Positions 1-10,052 of a stretch of 64,000 nucleotides of DNA are shown one piece after another. Source of the stretch: a bacterium (lineage in GTDB: Bacteria; Electryoneota; Electryoneia; Electryoneales; Electryoneaceae); assembly GCA_963669175.1 (NCBI GenBank), contig OY769902.1, forward strand, positions 3,552,001-3,616,000, written 5' to 3'. Positions within the stretch are counted from its first letter, which is position 1. The number at the start of each line of letters is the position of its first letter. The position numbers and the translations under genes are program-made. Below the pieces are notes generated by a model. The model ran no database searches. It saw only the letters and a list, made by a program, of their open reading frames with translations, and had not been told where the DNA came from.

Positions 1-1
1 T

Positions 2-649
2 CTTGGCTATTCGGTTACCTCGCTACTGGCCGGACTTGGCCTTGGTGGTATGGCTATCGCGCTGGCGTCGAAGGACACGTTGTCCAACCTGTTCGGTTCG
101 CTGGTGATCTTTATCGACCGTCCCTTCCATGTCGGTGACTGGATCGAAATGGGCAATCTTGAGGGGACAGTCGAAGAAGTCGGCCTGCGGGTTACACGCA
201 TCCGTACGTTCGCCAACAGCCTGATTACCTTGCCCAACGCCCAGTTGACGACCAGCTCGATAAACAACTGGTCACGCATGAAGAAGCGCCGGATAAAGAT
301 GACGGTTGGCCTCACATATGACACAACCCCGGAACAGATGAAGCAGGCGGTAGAAAAAATCCGTGAAATCATACGAGAAGATCCTGACATCCATAATGAC
401 TTTTTCCTGGTAAATTTCCATGAGTTCGGCGCCTACAGCCTGGACATTTTCATCTATTGCTTCACCGTGACTACTGTTTGGGCGGAATACTTGCAGGCAA
501 GGCAGGAATTGCTTTTGAAGATCATGCAGGCGGTCAACGAGATGGGTCTTGAATTCGCCTTCCCGACTCAGACACTGCACTTGGCCGGTGACAGCGAAAA
601 GAAGCAACCCGGTGAACCGAACGCCATGCAACGTGAAACGCCGTTATAA
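2..649 (+). CDS. MscS family mechanosensitive channel (5' truncated by window edge)
   Basis: Frame open from base 2 (LGYSVTSLLAGLGLGGMAIALASKDTLSNLFGS); PFHVGDWI, GTVEEVGLRVTRIRT, INNWSR and FAFPTQTL are MscS hallmarks. Confidence 0.93.
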   Translation, partial: LGYSVTSLLAGLGLGGMAIALASKDTLSNLFGSLVIFIDRPFHVGDWIEMGNLEGTVEEVGLRVTRIRTFANSLITLPNAQLTTSSINNWSRMKKRRIKMTVGLTYDTTPEQMKQAVEKIREIIREDPDIHNDFFLVNFHEFGAYSLDIFIYCFTVTTVWAEYLQARQELLLKIMQAVNEMGLEFAFPTQTLHLAGDSEKKQPGEPNAMQRETPL

Positions 650-662
650 ACCGGGATCGTCC

Positions 663-1481
663 ATGCAAGCATCATTCTGGGGGCTTTCACTGCTGGCTGT
701 GATCAGCGCTTTGCTGGGATTCTTCTTTTTCCAGGGCAAGCTGATCTATCATCCGGGACGGACTGTCTACTCAACCCCGTGTGATGCCGGTCTGAAATAC
801 GAAGCTATCACGTTAACCACTCGTGATGGCATCAAAATCCAATCCTGGTGGGTGCCAAGTTCCGGCGCTCACTACACCGTGTTATTCTGCCACGGTAATG
901 CCGGAACCCTGGCCAGTCGAGTCGAAACGGCACGTATCTGGCATGAGCTGGGCTGTAACATCCTGCTTTTCGATTACCGTGGTTACGGCCAGAGCAAGGG
1001 CAAACCAAGTGAGAAAGGCACCTATCGCGATGCCGAAGCAGCCTGGGAATGGTTATGCCATACACAACAGATTCAGCCAGACCAAATCATTCTGCATGGT
1101 CGTTCGCTGGGCGGTCCCATTGCGGCGTATATGGCCAAATCACACAAATCCGCCGCGCTGATCGTGGAATCAACTTTTATCAACCTGAAAACCATAGCCG
1201 GAGAACTGTATCCGTTTCTCCCGGTTGGTTTACTGCTTCGTTATCGTTACCCGACACATGAATACCTCGTTCAGGTCACCTCACCTGTCCTGGTGATCCA
1301 CTCCAGTGAGGATGATTTCATCGGCTTCCATCATGGCAGAAAGCTGTTCACGGCGGCAAATTCTCCGAAGCAATTCCTGGAGATCCAAGGAAACCATGAT
1401 GCAGGATACCTGGATTCAGAGAAGGAGTATGTAGAAGGACTGCAATGTTTCTTAGACACTCTGCAACCTTCCGGACAATGA
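663..1481 (+). CDS. Alpha/beta hydrolase (ABHD13/BEM46-like) with N-terminal membrane anchor
   Basis: HGNAG, DYRGYG, GRSLGG nucleophile elbow, HSSEDD and GNH triad motifs; start placed at ATG 663. Confidence 0.9.
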   Translation: MQASFWGLSLLAVISALLGFFFFQGKLIYHPGRTVYSTPCDAGLKYEAITLTTRDGIKIQSWWVPSSGAHYTVLFCHGNAGTLASRVETARIWHELGCNILLFDYRGYGQSKGKPSEKGTYRDAEAAWEWLCHTQQIQPDQIILHGRSLGGPIAAYMAKSHKSAALIVESTFINLKTIAGELYPFLPVGLLLRYRYPTHEYLVQVTSPVLVIHSSEDDFIGFHHGRKLFTAANSPKQFLEIQGNHDAGYLDSEKEYVEGLQCFLDTLQPSGQ

Positions 1482-1563
1482 TTGTGTTATAACCTAACTC
1501 TTTGCCAGGAATGCATACTTTCCTGATGCTTACCGCTGTAACTTGCTTACAAGCCTTTATCCA

Positions 1564-1661
1564 ACTCCTTCGGAGTAGAAAATGTTGATTCTCTTAACCC
1601 TGGGTGCGCGCTAAACGGACAGCGCGTACCCAGGGCTCGCCTATCGTACTCCTGCGGAGTA
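1564..1661. repeat. REP-like hairpin triplet (small-large-small)
   Basis: ACTCCTTCGGAGT, CCCTGGGTGCGCGCT-AAACGGAC-AGCGCGTACCCAGGG and TACTCCTGCGGAGTA; same layout and loop as the hairpins inside the adjacent MITE. Confidence 0.7.
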
Positions 1662-1662
1662 C

Positions 1663-2140
1663 CTGGACCGGATATTTCATGATCGAAACATGGATAATCA
1701 TTTTAACACAGTTCATATCAGCACAATACAACTGATTCATACAGCATTTTCAGGGTACAGTTTGCTCCGGTATCCCTTTGCGTGTCTATTCCCTGTTTCA
1801 CTGGCAAAATGAGGCCGAGTATCGGCAACCGCCCCGGCAGGGGCAACCTGTATTAGCCCCGGGCAGCCGCCGTCAGTTTGGCGGCTACCCGGGGAGATAA
1901 TGCGCACCATATATTTACTCCGGAAGGAGTAACCTAACAATTATCATAAGTATACAGTGACAACATTTAGGCAACTCGCTGCCGGGGTTGGCAAGGAGAG
2001 CGCATCCTTCTCCCACCGTGAGCGCCAAACAGACGGCGCTTGACGGTGGGCTAATTCAGGGAACCACTGCCGTGGTTCTTGTACTGGCTATTCCATCAAA
2101 TACCATATTTGAAATTGCATTGGTGAAATATTCGGGCTAG
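1663..2140. mobile_element. MITE-like non-autonomous element, copy 1
   Basis: Inverted near-copy of 53870-54348; right end TGAAATATTCGGGCTAG, degenerate left end CTGGACCGGATATTTCA. Confidence 0.8.
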
Positions 2141-2194
2141 CCCGAACAACAGGCACATCCCGAGCAACAAAAATATCCTGGACAACAGGCATTT
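2141..2194. repeat. Three imperfect 18-bp direct repeats
   Basis: CCCGAACAACAGGCACAT / CCCGAGCAACAAAAATAT / CCTGGACAACAGGCATTT. Confidence 0.55.
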
Positions 2195-2396
2195 TTTTTA
2201 CAATGCTGAACAAAATCGTTACCAGAATGACATGGATGTAAATCTTAACTGCCGCATTTGGCATCTACGACAGTATTCCCTCCGCCACACCTGTGGTTGT
2301 TCAAGCAACAATCCTGGCAGATTTCGTTCAGTTTTCACATCCAGCTCTTGAACTAACCTGTACACATTGATCAAGTTATCAGCTACTTACGGAAAT

Positions 2397-2412
2397 TGGC
2401 ATGGCTCTGGCT
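2397..2412 (+). promoter_or_regulatory. Possible sigma54 -24/-12 promoter
   Basis: TGGCATGGCTCTGGCT: GG-N10-GC spacing, imperfect -12, about 55 bp before ATG 2466. Confidence 0.35.
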
Positions 2413-2465
2413 TCTGACAGATGCAAGGGCGGGCAAGTGTAAACAGGATGTGAAAGGATACGACG

Positions 2466-3095
2466 ATGAAGCGCATACTGACGATAGCGACCATTTCCTT
2501 GATTCTCTTTTCAGCGATAGCAACAGCAGAACCGGAAACTCTGTTCGACAGCGAAAACATTACGATCGGCGGCTTCGGTGGCCCAACGGTCGGATACACC
2601 CAGTTTAACGGCGAAGAAGCGGTTTTAACCGGAATACGTGCCGCCATGATAGTAAATCACAAGTTTTATATCGGCATTGCCGGGTATGGCATCGTGACCC
2701 AACATGACGCGGGGAAAAAGGTCACACCAGCCGGACAACTGGAAGACACCCAGTACATTTTCGGCTACGGCGGCGGATTGCTCGGGTACACGTTTATGGA
2801 AGATGATCTGGTTCATGGCAGCGCGGAAGTGTTGATCGGCGGTGGTGGATTAACTCGCAGATTCACAAACGACTGGGATGACGACAGCTATGAAGATTAC
2901 GACTATCATTTCGCCGACGACCGTTTCTTCTGCATCCAGCCGATGGTAAACGCGGAGCTGAATGTTACCAAATGGATGCGTTGCAATGCAGGCCTTGGAT
3001 ATCGTTGGACAGAGGGCATCAATAAGTGGGATTTGTCAGATGATGATACCAGCGGGCTCGTAGCAGGAATCGGGGTGTCCTTCGGCTGGTTTTGA
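2466..3095 (+). CDS. Exported hypothetical protein, probable outer-membrane beta-barrel
   Basis: Signal peptide (ATA-E), alternating Gly/aromatic beta-strands, C-terminal Phe (GVSFGWF). Confidence 0.7.
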   Translation: MKRILTIATISLILFSAIATAEPETLFDSENITIGGFGGPTVGYTQFNGEEAVLTGIRAAMIVNHKFYIGIAGYGIVTQHDAGKKVTPAGQLEDTQYIFGYGGGLLGYTFMEDDLVHGSAEVLIGGGGLTRRFTNDWDDDSYEDYDYHFADDRFFCIQPMVNAELNVTKWMRCNAGLGYRWTEGINKWDLSDDDTSGLVAGIGVSFGWF

Positions 3096-3190
3096 GGCCA
3101 CCAGGATAGTCTATTTCCCCAACCTGTTCGGCGCTGTTTCCAGATAAAAGCCGCATAGAGACATCCCCTGAGTTTCTTTGCCGGCTCAAC

Positions 3191-3226
3191 AAAAGCCCCG
3201 GTTACCTGATAGTAACCGGGGCTTCT
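3191..3226. terminator. Bidirectional intrinsic terminator
   Basis: AAAAGCCCCGGTTAC-ctgata-GTAACCGGGGCTTCTT between convergent genes. Confidence 0.8.
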
Positions 3227-3245
3227 TGTGTTCTCAAGTTGTGAA

Positions 3246-3776
3246 TCAGGAATGAGCTTCCTCTTCCACTTCAGCAGGCGCTTCTTCCATGGTTCCTGCC
3301 ATTTTTGCTGTTTCAGCAGTCATACCGAAAACAACAGCCTTCTGCGGAAGCAGGAAATAGCTCGGTTCCGGGCAGGCATCGCCATCGTTCTTGGGCTCAG
3401 CCTGATGCATGGTCCAGACGCCTTCAACGCGGACCTTTTTGCCATCCGAGTTCAGCGGGAAAGCAAAGGAATGATCCGGGCTCTTGACGTAGAATTTCTT
3501 CTCCGGATTTTCACACGCAAACGCAACCCAGCAGCCGGAACCTTTGCACAATGCAGTAACTTCACCTTCAACCACAACCACCTGGTCAACATAGGTAGCA
3601 GGTTCCATCATCAGCGCCTTGTAGTCCAAGACCTCAGCAATTGTAATTGCTTCGCCAATGACAAACTGTGCATCAGCCGGTACTTCTACCTCAGCCTGCT
3701 GTTCCTGCTGTGCTTTCTGGCATCCAAACATCATCAGTCCCAATGCCAGCACTCCCAACATCATGACCTTCTTCAT
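3246..3776 (-). CDS. DUF4920-like OB-fold lipoprotein
   Basis: Lipobox MMFGC; VEGEVTALCKGSGCW motif; start at MKKVMM after GGGGAG. Confidence 0.75.
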   Translation of the reverse strand: MKKVMMLGVLALGLMMFGCQKAQQEQQAEVEVPADAQFVIGEAITIAEVLDYKALMMEPATYVDQVVVVEGEVTALCKGSGCWVAFACENPEKKFYVKSPDHSFAFPLNSDGKKVRVEGVWTMHQAEPKNDGDACPEPSYFLLPQKAVVFGMTAETAKMAGTMEEAPAEVEEEAHS

Positions 3777-3976
3777 CGAATTCTCCCCTTTTTTCCTATC
3801 AACCAACCGTTCACGTTCTCTCAAAAACGCAGCACCGTTTTCCGGCGCTGCGTGGAAGGTAACGCTTCACTTTTTGCAAAAGCAATCATTATGGACTTGA
3901 AAGTAGAAAATTTAGCGAGCTTTCAAAATCCTTTCACATCAAGGCTTTGGTAAATTTTGTCTTTATCGCGTTCACG

Positions 3977-4999
3977 TCAATAACTGCTTGAATCGATCAC
4001 CACCTTCCCCTTGAAAATCCGGTAAATGTAGACTGAATAGCCAATCACCAGCGGCATCCCGATCAGTGCAATTACCAGCATCACCATGAGTGTCTTGTCC
4101 GAAGAACAGGAATTGTACACGGTCAGGCTGTACGCCAGGTCAACACTGGAAGGCACCAGCATCGGAAACAGGTTCACCGCAACAACACCGATTAACGCAG
4201 CAATGAACACACAGGACGACAGAAAAGCAAAGAAATACTTCTTTGCCCCCAGCAGAAACGGAATAAGCGCAAAGGATAGTATAAACAGAACCATTAAAGT
4301 AATCACGAACAGGTTAAAACTGGCAACCTGCCGGAACAGGTATGGCGCAATAAAAGCGTAATAAACCGTGACGAGCACGTACAGGATCAGTGAAGCCCCG
4401 TACAGACGAGCCGCGATTGCATGCATCCTGTTGCGAAGGTCGCCATCCGTCTTCAGTGTCATGTACAAGGCGCCGTGCATGGTGAACAGTACAAGACTCA
4501 ATACGCCAACAAGCAAAGAAGGTGGATTGAGCAGGCCGAAAAATTGCCCGGCATAACTTCCATCGGCCTCTATCGGAATCCCCTTCAGGATGTTTCCGAC
4601 AGCGACGCCGAACAATACCAGCGGCAGCAGGCTTCCGATCCCGAACCCCATATCCCAGGTTTTCTTCCAGCCTTCACCTTCCATTCCGCCACGGAATTTC
4701 ATGGAAACGGCTCGGAGAATCAGCCCCAGAAGCACCAGCATAAGCGCCAGGTAGAAACCGCTGAATACAGTCGCGTATACAACCGGAAATGCGGCAAACA
4801 ACGCGCCGCCGCCCGTGAGTAGCCAAACTTGGTTGCCATCCCATACCGGGCCAATGGCGTTCAGGTGTATCCGCTTCTCCTTATCCGTCTTTGCGGCAAA
4901 AAGATGCAGCACTCCAACCCCAAGGTCGAAACCATCCAGAATTGCGTAACCGATGATCAACACACCGATAAGCAGGTACCAAATCGTGTTCAGATCCAT
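3977..4999 (-). CDS. cydB: Cytochrome bd oxidase subunit II
   Basis: YAILDGFDLGVG, IGPVWDGNQVWL; coupled to cydA. Confidence 0.96.
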   Translation of the reverse strand: MDLNTIWYLLIGVLIIGYAILDGFDLGVGVLHLFAAKTDKEKRIHLNAIGPVWDGNQVWLLTGGGALFAAFPVVYATVFSGFYLALMLVLLGLILRAVSMKFRGGMEGEGWKKTWDMGFGIGSLLPLVLFGVAVGNILKGIPIEADGSYAGQFFGLLNPPSLLVGVLSLVLFTMHGALYMTLKTDGDLRNRMHAIAARLYGASLILYVLVTVYYAFIAPYLFRQVASFNLFVITLMVLFILSFALIPFLLGAKKYFFAFLSSCVFIAALIGVVAVNLFPMLVPSSVDLAYSLTVYNSCSSDKTLMVMLVIALIGMPLVIGYSVYIYRIFKGKVVIDSSSY

Positions 5000-6345
5000 C
5001 AGGCTGCCACCTCCTTCCGGCCCTTCAATTCAGGCACACCATGATCAACCTTGCGTTTCAGCAGGAAGATCCAGATTGCCCCGAGCAACGAATAGATAAG
5101 GGATAAAATGACAAGAGAAATCAGGATATCACTGGCCGCGACATTGGTGGAATGAGCATCGGAAGTACGCAGTATCTTCCAGACTACCCAGGGCTGACGT
5201 CCCACTTCCGCAGCAATCCAGCCGAACTGACTCGCCGACAGAGCGGCAGGCAGGGTCAATACACCTATCCATAAATACCACTTCATATCATACAGCTTCT
5301 TCCTGTAGTTCAGGAACAGGGCAACTCCGGCATACAGGATAAAGAACAGGCCAAGTCCGACCATATTATGATACGAGACAAAGGGCAACCACAGCGGCGC
5401 GATATCCTCTTTCGGGAAAGCGTCAACCCCCTTGATTTCCGTATCCGGTGATCCGCCCACCAGGATACTTAACAGGCTGGGGACACCTATCGGAGCTACA
5501 ACATGTGGTTCCGGTTCCGAAACGGGGAATCCGAAAATCAGCATCGGCACATTGGTCGAAGTCTTGTAGACACCTTCAATCACTGCCAGTTTTTCCGGTT
5601 GGGTGTGTGCTACCTGTGTAGCATGACGGCTCCCCAGGGGTTCCGCCTGAAGGATACTGGAGATAAACGCCACGATCAGGCCAATCTTCATGGCTTTCTT
5701 CATCAACTCGGTATCACGGCCCTTGATAATCATATAGGCTGACGCCGCAACAACAAAAAACGCTCCTGTGATGATGGAAGCATTTACCGTATGCAGGTAA
5801 CGAATCATGGTGGAAGGATTAAACACAGCCGCCCAGAAATCCGTCAATTCAGCGCGGCCCAAGGTTTCGTTGATGGTATACCCGGCCGGAGTCTGTTGCC
5901 AGGAGTTGGCTACAATGATCCAGAATGCGGATAGTGTAGCGCCGAATGCGACCATCAAGGCGCTGAACCAGTGTGCGCCTTTGGAAATGCGTCCACGCGC
6001 AAACAGGTAGACACCAACGAAGAACGATTCAAGGAAAAAGGCGAAAACACCTTCAGCGGCCAATGGGGCGCCGAAAATGTCGCCAACATACTTGGAATAC
6101 TCAGCCCAGTTGGTACCGAACTGGAACTCCATCACGATTCCTGTTGCCACACCAACCGCAAACGTGACCGCAAACAGATCGCCGAAAAACTTACCTATAC
6201 GAGCGTACTGTTTATCGCCCTTCTTCCACCCTATCCACTCGAAGATTACGAGTATCCAGGCCAAACCAATCGTTATCGGTGGAAAAAGAAAATGGAACCC
6301 TACGGTCACCGCGAACTGGATCCTTGCCAGCAGCAGCGCATCCAT
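4999..6345 (-). CDS. cydA: Cytochrome bd oxidase subunit I (short Q-loop)
   Basis: ARIQFA..GFHFLF, MEFQFGTNW, AEGVFAFFLES, QPEKLAVIEG, EVGRQPW. Confidence 0.97.
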   Translation of the reverse strand: MDALLLARIQFAVTVGFHFLFPPITIGLAWILVIFEWIGWKKGDKQYARIGKFFGDLFAVTFAVGVATGIVMEFQFGTNWAEYSKYVGDIFGAPLAAEGVFAFFLESFFVGVYLFARGRISKGAHWFSALMVAFGATLSAFWIIVANSWQQTPAGYTINETLGRAELTDFWAAVFNPSTMIRYLHTVNASIITGAFFVVAASAYMIIKGRDTELMKKAMKIGLIVAFISSILQAEPLGSRHATQVAHTQPEKLAVIEGVYKTSTNVPMLIFGFPVSEPEPHVVAPIGVPSLLSILVGGSPDTEIKGVDAFPKEDIAPLWLPFVSYHNMVGLGLFFILYAGVALFLNYRKKLYDMKWYLWIGVLTLPAALSASQFGWIAAEVGRQPWVVWKILRTSDAHSTNVAASDILISLVILSLIYSLLGAIWIFLLKRKVDHGVPELKGRKEVAA

Positions 6346-6590
6346 GCAGACCCTCCTCCCAAAAGCAGTGTATCTAATGAATAATCTTTATCGTGTAGCA
6401 AATTCTTATATCCCTGCCATTTTTTCAAGGGGTGTTTACAAAATCGTGTAAAAACCGGAGTAACGGGTAGAACATTATGCAGAAAACCGTTGATCTCTCG
6501 AAATACTATTCGATTAACGTCAAGTTAGGCTCACACTTATCGTGCTAACTATAATGGTTCCCGAAAGTATTTGCTGATTCAAAAATTATC

Positions 6591-6795
6591 AGCCTGCTTC
6601 AGCAGGCTCTTCTTAGCACCCGGCTTCAGCCGGGGTGTAAAAGTGATGATAATCATTCTGAGCGCGCTTTAGCGTGCTTGCCTGTTACAATTCCTGGGTC
6701 CGGAAAGCACCCTGAAGGGCGCTCACCATTTCTTTATAACCATGAACACCCCGGCTGAAGCCGGGTGCTAAAAAGAGCAGGCTAAAGCCTGCTAA
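6591..6795. repeat. REPIN-like palindromic element, copy 1
   Basis: AGCCTGCTTCAGCAGGCT...CCCGGCTTCAGCCGGG...CCCGGCTGAAGCCGGG...AGCAGGCTAAAGCCTGCT; second copy at 39761-39962. Confidence 0.85.
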
Positions 6796-6958
6796 AACTA
6801 CCAGATAGCAGATTGTAAACAATTACAGTCCAGTAAAGCCTCCATTTAGGAGGAGTATCACTATGACAAGTATTCGAACAACAGAAATCCTACAACCAGT
6901 TTGAAACAGCATGAATTTTCGAGAAACCCTATAATCTTCTGGATTCTATGGTGTGAGC

Positions 6959-6999
6959 AAAAAAAGCCCACCATTGCACCAGAAAGCAATGGTGGGCTT
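6959..6999 (-). terminator. Intrinsic terminator after serine hydrolase
   Basis: AAAAAAAGCCCACCATTGC-loop-GCAATGGTGGGCTT; U-tract on the minus strand. Confidence 0.8.
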
Positions 7000-7015
7000 A
7001 GATTGCCAGCTTTCC

Positions 7016-8242
7016 TTAAAGATCGTACAGAATCTTCACAGCCTCTTCAACAAACTGATCGGCGCTATTCCCCGTTGCTGACTCGCTATTGAACGGGACA
7101 TCCGTATTCACAAAAATGATAATCCTGTAATCACCTGTGGAAAAAACACCCGTCTGATAACCAGGAAGACTACCGTTATGGCCAACGACTTCCTGCACTG
7201 GATTGTCCTGGGGATACAGAATTTTGAACATCCCAAGTCCATACTCCGCATTCAGGGCGCCAACCGGAACAAACTCATCCATTACAATGTCAAATGTTTC
7301 CTGGCTGATCAATGTCGGGCTCAGGAACGCATCAATCCAGGTGGCCATATCGTGACGGTCTGAAATCATGTTGCCCGCTGTCCACGCCCAGGAAACATTC
7401 TGAGTAGTAAGATCATACCATCCAATCTCTTCACCAAAATAAGAATACCCGTACCAGAATGGCGTTGGCATCTCATCATCCTCAGGCGCCGGCATCTGAG
7501 TGTTGTCCATTCCCAGAGGCGTCAGGATGTATTGTTGGATGGCTTCATATGCCGCCATGCCTGTTATCTCTTCGATAATCAGGCCAAGGATAACATAATT
7601 TGTGTTGCAGTAGTAAAAACTCTCATCAGGACCATTCAGTGTTCCACCGGCATTTACTACTGCCTGTAGCAGGAAAGAAGGTTCATATTGTGGAAATGGT
7701 AATACCTCCAGGTCAGGAAGCTGAGTATAACAAATCAAACCTGATCGCATATCCAGCAGGTTTCGTATGGTGATGATATCGCTGTTGGGAATGTCAACTT
7801 CGTAATCAGGCAGGTAATCATCAATCACACCATCCAGGGAGACATCACCATTATCCATCAGGATATACATCATCTCCGCGGTAAATGTCTTGGTCATGCT
7901 GCCAATTCGAGTGTGAATATTCGTATTGTCCAGCGCCGTCCCCTGCCATCCGTCGGTCATAACGGATGAAAGATCATCAGCTTCCATGATTCCGGTGATC
8001 CCACACCATGAATCACCAGTATTATCAACAACATAAAGCAAAGCGCCTGGCACCACAATACTGGCAACATTCTCTTCCAGCATGGTCTGCAAATCAGCGC
8101 CAAACTTCTCGCTCAATGATTGCCCACTGACAGGATTACCATCATCATCGTCGTCATCACTGCACCCGATTACCAACAATGACAATGAGAATAACAGAAC
8201 CAGAATCCAAGAAAACGATGCACGAACCTTTCTACTGAACAT
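7016..8242 (-). CDS. Serine hydrolase lipoprotein (beta-lactamase class C / S12 D-Ala peptidase-like)
   Basis: Lipobox VIGC, SxxK (GSMTKT), YxN (YCN), HNG triad. Confidence 0.9.
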   Translation of the reverse strand: MFSRKVRASFSWILVLLFSLSLLVIGCSDDDDDDGNPVSGQSLSEKFGADLQTMLEENVASIVVPGALLYVVDNTGDSWCGITGIMEADDLSSVMTDGWQGTALDNTNIHTRIGSMTKTFTAEMMYILMDNGDVSLDGVIDDYLPDYEVDIPNSDIITIRNLLDMRSGLICYTQLPDLEVLPFPQYEPSFLLQAVVNAGGTLNGPDESFYYCNTNYVILGLIIEEITGMAAYEAIQQYILTPLGMDNTQMPAPEDDEMPTPFWYGYSYFGEEIGWYDLTTQNVSWAWTAGNMISDRHDMATWIDAFLSPTLISQETFDIVMDEFVPVGALNAEYGLGMFKILYPQDNPVQEVVGHNGSLPGYQTGVFSTGDYRIIIFVNTDVPFNSESATGNSADQFVEEAVKILYDL

Positions 8243-8447
8243 GTTTCCCCTCCCAAAATTCAGCGATTATTGTTACTCGGCAAAGCTATGCCAAGTTGTT
8301 TTCTGGAATTACGCCAAACATTATACAACATTTTGAAACAACTTCAAACATATATAGTTTCAAAATGTTGCAAAAGGCAGGAATCCAAGGTAGATATCAA
8401 ATCCAATAGCCAAGTAGCCCGGATCGCCCCCGGTCCGGGTAAACAAG

Positions 8448-8972
8448 CTACAGATTATAAAACTGGAGGTCTTTCCCGCTTAACGCCTTGGAAATCCAGA
8501 CAATTTGTCCGGTATGGTAAGAAAAATGTTCAACGACGTGGAAAATAGCAGAATAAGCTGTGGCGGACATTCCCTGAATGATGCGTGGTTGCATCAATAA
8601 TTCAGGATCATTCCACTTGGATATAATCTCGCACGCTTCATCGACTGTGCTTTTCAGAGCAAGAAATAAGACTTCCGGTAACGCGCCTTCCGTGGCGGCA
8701 AACTCACTGTCACGTTTCCGTATATCCTCCTGTCCGTCAAGGCCATGCAGTACCCATTGACGCACATTACCTTCCATGTGTAGCAGCAGGTTTCCGACGC
8801 TGTTGGTCGGTTCGTTGGGACGTTTCCACAGGGTTTCCGTATCAAACGCCTTCAACGCTTCTTCGATCCAGGGGAGATAGAATCCCTGCAAACGGTAGAT
8901 TGCTTCGGTGCTTAATGCGTGGGAAAAATCAGGAATGGGATCGGGACGGTTGTGCGGCTCGCGGGATTTCAT
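8448..8972 (-). CDS. DinB/DUF1572 family protein
   Basis: NSVGNLLLHMEGN, RDSEF, HFSYHTGQI. Confidence 0.88.
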   Translation of the reverse strand: MKSREPHNRPDPIPDFSHALSTEAIYRLQGFYLPWIEEALKAFDTETLWKRPNEPTNSVGNLLLHMEGNVRQWVLHGLDGQEDIRKRDSEFAATEGALPEVLFLALKSTVDEACEIISKWNDPELLMQPRIIQGMSATAYSAIFHVVEHFSYHTGQIVWISKALSGKDLQFYNL

Positions 8973-10048
8973 TCCTGCGTTTCCGCTTCAGCAACGGCAG
9001 CTTTCTCTTCTTCAAGAATCTTTGCCAGCACACTTTCATCGCCTTCATGAAGCGCTTTAAGCAATTCGGGCGATATGGATCCATTCACACGACTTGCACC
9101 TTCGTATTCGCCTTCATATTTCAACAGCGATTCCTTGAGTGAAGCCAGCGCGACCTCAACCATATCTTCATCGGGTTCACGTGTCGTGATAAGCTGCAGC
9201 CAGAATCCCGGCTTGACTGCCGGTTGCCATAAGGGCTCTTCAGCGTGTTTTTCCGCCAATCGCAGAACTTCATACGAAAGCCCGGCGATAATCGGGATGA
9301 ACGGCAAATGGAACAACACACGAAGCAACGCCGCTTTGCCCGTCCCTTCTCCAAAGCTGAATCCCGCCGCAAAGAAAAGGCTGTCCACAATCATAAACCC
9401 GATCATGGTCAATACAGCAGCAAGAATCAGGAAACTGGTGCCGCAACGAGGATGCTGACGACTCTGAGCGCAAGCGTTAGTCGTGTTCAGGGCCAGCTTC
9501 TTTTCGAAGGTAAAAATGCTTTTATGCTCAGCGCCGTGATACTGGAAAACCCGTTTGATATCCGGTATCAGCGTAATCGCGGCCATATAGCCCAGCAGCA
9601 GCAGAATACGCAAGCCTCCGGCAATCAGGTGAAAGACGACCTGATTGTCGTTTTTCTCGATAAGTTGCGCTACAAGATATGGTGTCGCCATGAACAGGCC
9701 GATGCCGATGGCAAACGCCACGACGAACATCAGACCTTCCAGCATCCTGTCCCAAATGGTCAGCGGCTTGGCATCCTCTTCCTCCCCGGCGATTTCACCG
9801 GACCAGGTAAGTGAATCAATACCAAGCTTGAGCGCTTCAAACAGGCCAATTGCGCCCCGTAAGACAGGCAACCCGGCGAGCTTATTGCGCCGGGTTATGG
9901 AAACAAAAGGATACGCTTTAACGCGTACGTTCCCCTCCGGATCGCGAACCGCCGTCGCAACCCGCCAGGGACTACGCATCATCACACCTTCAAGAACCGC
10001 TTGCCCTCCAACCGAAAGGTGCGGTTTCTTTTTTGCCTTGGTTGACAC
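8969..10048 (-). CDS. DUF1385 domain membrane protein (YqhQ-like)
   Basis: GGQAVLEGVMMR, FQYHGAEHK, HPRCGTSF, LQLITTREPD; usual position after rpmE. Confidence 0.93.
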   Translation of the reverse strand: MSTKAKKKPHLSVGGQAVLEGVMMRSPWRVATAVRDPEGNVRVKAYPFVSITRRNKLAGLPVLRGAIGLFEALKLGIDSLTWSGEIAGEEEDAKPLTIWDRMLEGLMFVVAFAIGIGLFMATPYLVAQLIEKNDNQVVFHLIAGGLRILLLLGYMAAITLIPDIKRVFQYHGAEHKSIFTFEKKLALNTTNACAQSRQHPRCGTSFLILAAVLTMIGFMIVDSLFFAAGFSFGEGTGKAALLRVLFHLPFIPIIAGLSYEVLRLAEKHAEEPLWQPAVKPGFWLQLITTREPDEDMVEVALASLKESLLKYEGEYEGASRVNGSISPELLKALHEGDESVLAKILEEEKAAVAEAETQE

Positions 10049-10052
10049 CAGA

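Noticed and set aside
1737-1940. Small ORF shared with 54100-54348
   Set aside because: Lies inside the MITE hairpins; the two copies differ by a frameshift; no protein motif.
6435-6452. TTTACA-N6-TGTAAA palindrome upstream of cydA
   Set aside because: Single short AT-rich palindrome; cannot be assigned to a regulator and may be chance.
7016-8242. Bona fide beta-lactam resistance gene
   Set aside because: Motifs fit the broad S12 serine hydrolase family (HNG rather than KTG); no evidence for beta-lactamase activity.
8279-8294. Sigma54 promoter for the S12 hydrolase (also checked for the C25 gene)
   Set aside because: GG-GC spacing is off by one base in both cases.
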